From positions 11,162,001 to 11,226,000 of the forward strand of contig NC_087263.1 in the NCBI RefSeq assembly GCF_037042905.1: 64,000 nucleotides of DNA, in the 5' to 3' direction. The translations under genes and the position numbers were made by a program. Positions 60,246-64,000 of the stretch are shown here, piece after piece; position 1 is the stretch's first letter, and the number at the start of each line of letters is the position of its first letter. Source of the DNA: Lytechinus pictus. Its lineage: Eukaryota. The notes below the pieces were generated by a model. The model was not told the origin of the DNA. It worked only from the letters and a program-made list of their open reading frames with translations, and searched no databases.

Positions 60246-62074
60246 ATTTTTGCAAAGATGTTCTCATAATGACCGATAAAACTGAGAACTGAAGAATGCA
60301 TCACGAATGATCAAGATTATAACGCTGTTATTCTGTGAACGATCTTCACCAAGCCTTCGTTATAATTATTTTATGTTTTTACCAAAATCAACTTTGACGT
60401 CAGTGTGAACATCGTCTATATATACACATGCTGAGGATTCAATGCAAATTTGGCTTGGAAACAATACATGCCGCATCATCATTATCAACTCGAAAAGTGG
60501 AACAAGTAATGATGATATATGCAATTCGAAATCGAATCGAAGCTTCTAGAAATCGGGTTTCGTTTAGGGGTTCCCCCCTCCATTTTATGTGATTCATGCA
60601 AATATTAAATACATACAACAGAAATGCATACATGAACAAACGTATCGGTGCCCCAAATCAATATGCGTTTGTATATTAATGTAGATTGGGGGGGGGGTGG
60701 GTGGGTGGGTGATGGATGATGATTAAATGAGAAAATAAGGAGAATGGTGACAAAGTTGCATATATGGAGAAGCAGAAATGATATCGACCAATAACATGAA
60801 TTAAATTACTTTTTGAATACCGATTTTGATATGGCAATTTAAGAACTACATTTAATTTATTGTTGAAATTGAATAACAAACATGACATAGGCCGATTATA
60901 TTAAACTTTGAGAAGTGATAATAGTGTTCAAAAGAATCCTAACAATTGAACAAAAAAATCTGAAATCAATAGAGATGTTAAACATGTAAACAAGAAAGGG
61001 GGCGGGATACATAAATATCAACTCGAAGACTTCGCTCTTTATTTGGGACGGTAGCTGCTTTCAGAAAATATCTTTTTTCACAACTCAAAAGACATCAGAA
61101 TCATCTAAAATTATTGTGTTTCACACACTAAAAATGGAATATATATCATCTACGATTTATCCTTGTACCTTTATATATTTAGGTATGACATGTGGGCCCT
61201 TAGCTGAACTTTTGACCCTATACACCTTTGAAAACATCATAGATCCCGAAGATGTCATGCAGGTAAACAGTTTCTTTTCTTCAGTAAATATTAGGTGTAA
61301 ATGCGTGATATTTGCTGGCAGACTCGGAAAACATAATTTATTTCACAAAACAACCCTAACACCCCAAAGTGAGAGCATCATCTAAAGCTTCCTTGTCTTG
61401 GGCTGTTAAAGATTATCATCTCATAGAGAACTATCCGAAGTGGTGAGAAGAAAGTAACAAAACATTTTTTTTTTATGTGTTTCCTTCGAAAAAAATCTTC
61501 TGCCCGTTTTCTGCCATGCCAACCCTTGATCGGATAATCTTTAATTTCGCGCTTGTATCAATTTAGAAACATTCTCTTTTTTTTCTTCTTATCATTCTTA
61601 TAAAGACATCTCTTTGGTGTTTGTTTTATAAGCCCCAAATCTACAACTCGTGGACCACGCGACACACAACAAAGAAAACCGAGATAATCCCCAAAATACA
61701 GTTCCAAACATTCGATAAAGGAAAACAAAATCAATATTCCGCTGAACCTAATACGATTAAAGGAAAGTCGTTCGTCGAAGTGAAATGAATAGGGCTTAAG
61801 AGATTAATACTTCGCTAAGCAGATCGTAACTATCATACTTTTTGTAGTTCTTTTATTGTTGTGGACATAATCAATAATGAAAGAGGAGTACCTTAAGCGG
61901 GTATTTCGAGATCGTCATTAAAAGATGAAACTACTTTTACTTGTTCTCCAGCCATTTAATTTTAAGTCCCATTCTTGCCCTGCATTCTATAAATGTAAGC
62001 AAATCGAACGTAGGCAACCGACTCTTTTTGCGGGGGGGGGGGGGGGGTTCTAGTACACAAAACATACTGCTTCA

Positions 62075-62250
62075 AGTATTACTGGTATTACGATTACTAC
62101 CACTACTGTTTATTCTAACCGTTATTATTAGTAGTAGTAGTAGTAGTGGTAGTAGTAGCAGTAGTAGTAGTAGTATTTTTATAATTATTACTATTATAAT
62201 CATTCCTGTTATTATCATTATTATTATTATTGAGATTATTATTGAAATGA
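62075..62250. repeat. Mixed (ACT/AGT/ATT)n microsatellite
   Basis: Direct inspection. Confidence 0.85.
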
Positions 62251-62644
62251 TTATCGCCAAGATTTTTCAGTTCATGTACGAACGTTTTTTCTACTGTAAA
62301 CTAATATTAAAATAAAAATCTTGTTCCTGTGACCTGCCTGACTAATACCGCTTTCAGTAGCTCGCTGGTCCAGACCAGCTCCGGGCTAAGTCGTAACATT
62401 TTAAATTTATGAATGCCGCGTGCTAAATAGCTCGAGCCAGATCGGTGCTATTTTGACACTGTTATTGGCAACACCAGACCAGCGCCATCCCTTATTTGCC
62501 CGAGTATGTGAACGGGTGATCGTTAAAGTAGCGCGGCTGTGCTATGTATTTACTGAACGCTTGTGGTGTGGAATATTTTTGTGCGAACCTGGTGCAGACC
62601 AAAGAATCAAGAGTTACTTAAAACGGTATGATACTAATGATATA

Positions 62645-62977
62645 CATAATATAGGATTTATATAGCGCACGTATCCACTTTAGGTTCTCAAGGTGCTCAT
62701 ATAATTACCCCGGCTAAGCTATCCACGTATCCACTTTAGGTGCTCAAGGTGCTCATATAATTACCCCGGCTAAGCTAGTCTACCGATTCTGGTGCGCACA
62801 GCTTTTTAAGGTATTACTTACTGCCGGTACCAATTTACCTCACCTGGGTTGAGTGCAGCACAATGTGCATGATGTGGGTAAATTTCTTGCTGAAGGAAAA
62901 CACGCCATAACTGGGAATCGAATGCACTTCCCTCAGATTGAAAGACGAGAGTCTTAACCACTAGACCACGACGTCCC
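62645..62977 (-). mobile_element. tRNA-derived SINE with an L2-like 3' end and an internal ~66-bp tandem duplication
   Basis: Minus strand GGGACGTCGTGGTCTAGTGGTTAAGACTCTCGTCTTTCAATC (Glu-like head), TTCGATTCCC, core GCTGCACTCAACCCAGGTG, and 3' GTGCGCTATATAAATCCTAT. Confidence 0.85.
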
Positions 62978-62993
62978 ATTTACTCTCTCCATC

Positions 62994-63409
62994 ATTAATA
63001 ATTCAGGCTTAATGATTTCAGTAGGCGTAAGCCATTCGCGTGCCTTTTTTAAACTACATCGTAAAATGTCGACTATGGATTAAGGAAGAGTCTTAAATAT
63101 AATATGTTTTAGCCAAGTCTATCACATCATTTTTTTTTCTTGAATATAAATTTTATCACATCATCATGTTCATTACAATGAATCGAACATTAATTTGCCA
63201 ACTCTAACTGCTAATTCGCAAGGTTTATTTGATATTTTTATGTTTTGTAGGATATTCAGGTATAAAAGTGGTTTGATCGATCCTTTTCAGCCACCCTTCT
63301 CATAATTCTAGACTCTTCTTTCATCCTTAGTCGATATTTTACGCTGTAGTTTAAAAAAGGCACGCGAACGGCTTACGCCTACTGAAAACATTGAGCCTGA
63401 ATTATTAAT
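62994..63409. mobile_element. MITE with ~100-bp TIRs
   Basis: ATTAATAATTCAGGCT...TTCAGTAGGCGTAAGCC.TTCGCGTGCCTTTTTTAAACTACA.CGTAAAAT.TCGACTA...GAAGAGTCT is mirrored at 63310-63409. Confidence 0.88.
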
Positions 63410-64000
63410 TGCAGAGAGAATCAATGGCTTCTTCTTCTGTTCTGATGGAAATGGAAAAAAGATACATGTAGAGAAATAGACATGGGAGAGGGAGAGGGAA
63501 AGATAGAGAAAGGGGGGGGGGAGATTGAGAGAGGGTGTGGGGAGAAATAGAGGATAATAAAGGGGGGGGGGGCAGACAGAGGAAGATAGCAAGTTGTTTA
63601 TTAGTGAACGAGGGACGGTTGGGAAACGCATTGGGGATGGGTAACATTCATGCGGGAATTTTGATTATGGAACGCTTTATACTAGTGGGAATCATAGTCA
63701 TTATTAAACATGATCTTAGAATCCACACATTTTATACACATTTCATGTACTAATTTCTGCAGCACTTTTCACAAACACATTAACAAAGAAAATACAATAA
63801 TAATACTCGTGATAAATTAAATGACAAGCAAATAATTGAACAAAATTGCATTTTCTATTACATATCGATATTTAGAAGGTTGCTTGGTTAGAAGCACATT
63901 GTCTTTTTTAACGTATTGAGATGAAAACATTCTTTTTTCTTCTTCTTCTTCAAAAAGTCTTTCGTCTGTCGACCTTTCAATCCTCTCCCCATGCCCCTGC

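Noticed and set aside
63200..63262. Branch point plus TTGTAG acceptor as partner for the 55369 donor
   Set aside because: It lies inside the 62994-63409 MITE, and such motifs are common in AT-rich DNA.
1..64000. Additional achaete-scute paralogs forming a gene complex
   Set aside because: No second bHLH ORF appears in the ORF track or by inspection within this window.

Overview
AT-rich, repeat-dense animal genomic DNA; the repeat repertoire and protein sequence suggest a sea urchin or other echinoderm (inference). The only convincing host gene is an achaete-scute family (ASCL1-like) proneural bHLH gene whose whole CDS lies in one exon (54765-55319, +). The ~54 kb upstream and ~9 kb downstream contain no other recognisable host CDS. 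They are a mosaic of CR1/L2-group LINE remnants, tRNA-derived SINEs, many non-autonomous DNA transposons (hAT-like with 8-bp TSDs, PIF/Harbinger-like with 3-bp TSDs, CACTA-like with 2-bp TSDs, Kolobok-like with TTAA, probable Crypton-like), often nested, and triplet microsatellites. Most notable observations: (1) the HES/Hairy repressor octamer GGCACGCG recurs at least 8 times across the locus, and a near-canonical Sox-POU composite site sits next to a HES-site cluster in the proximal promoter; (2) a splice donor lies 49 nt after the stop codon, recalling the 3'UTR intron of vertebrate ASCL1; (3) a Harbinger-like MITE is inserted into a relative of itself; (4) the 752-aa RT ORF is an in-frame chimera of two nested LINEs; (5) two ~290-bp cassettes carry an internal tRNA-like Pol III unit between short direct repeats. 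All calls were made by eye; no searches were run.
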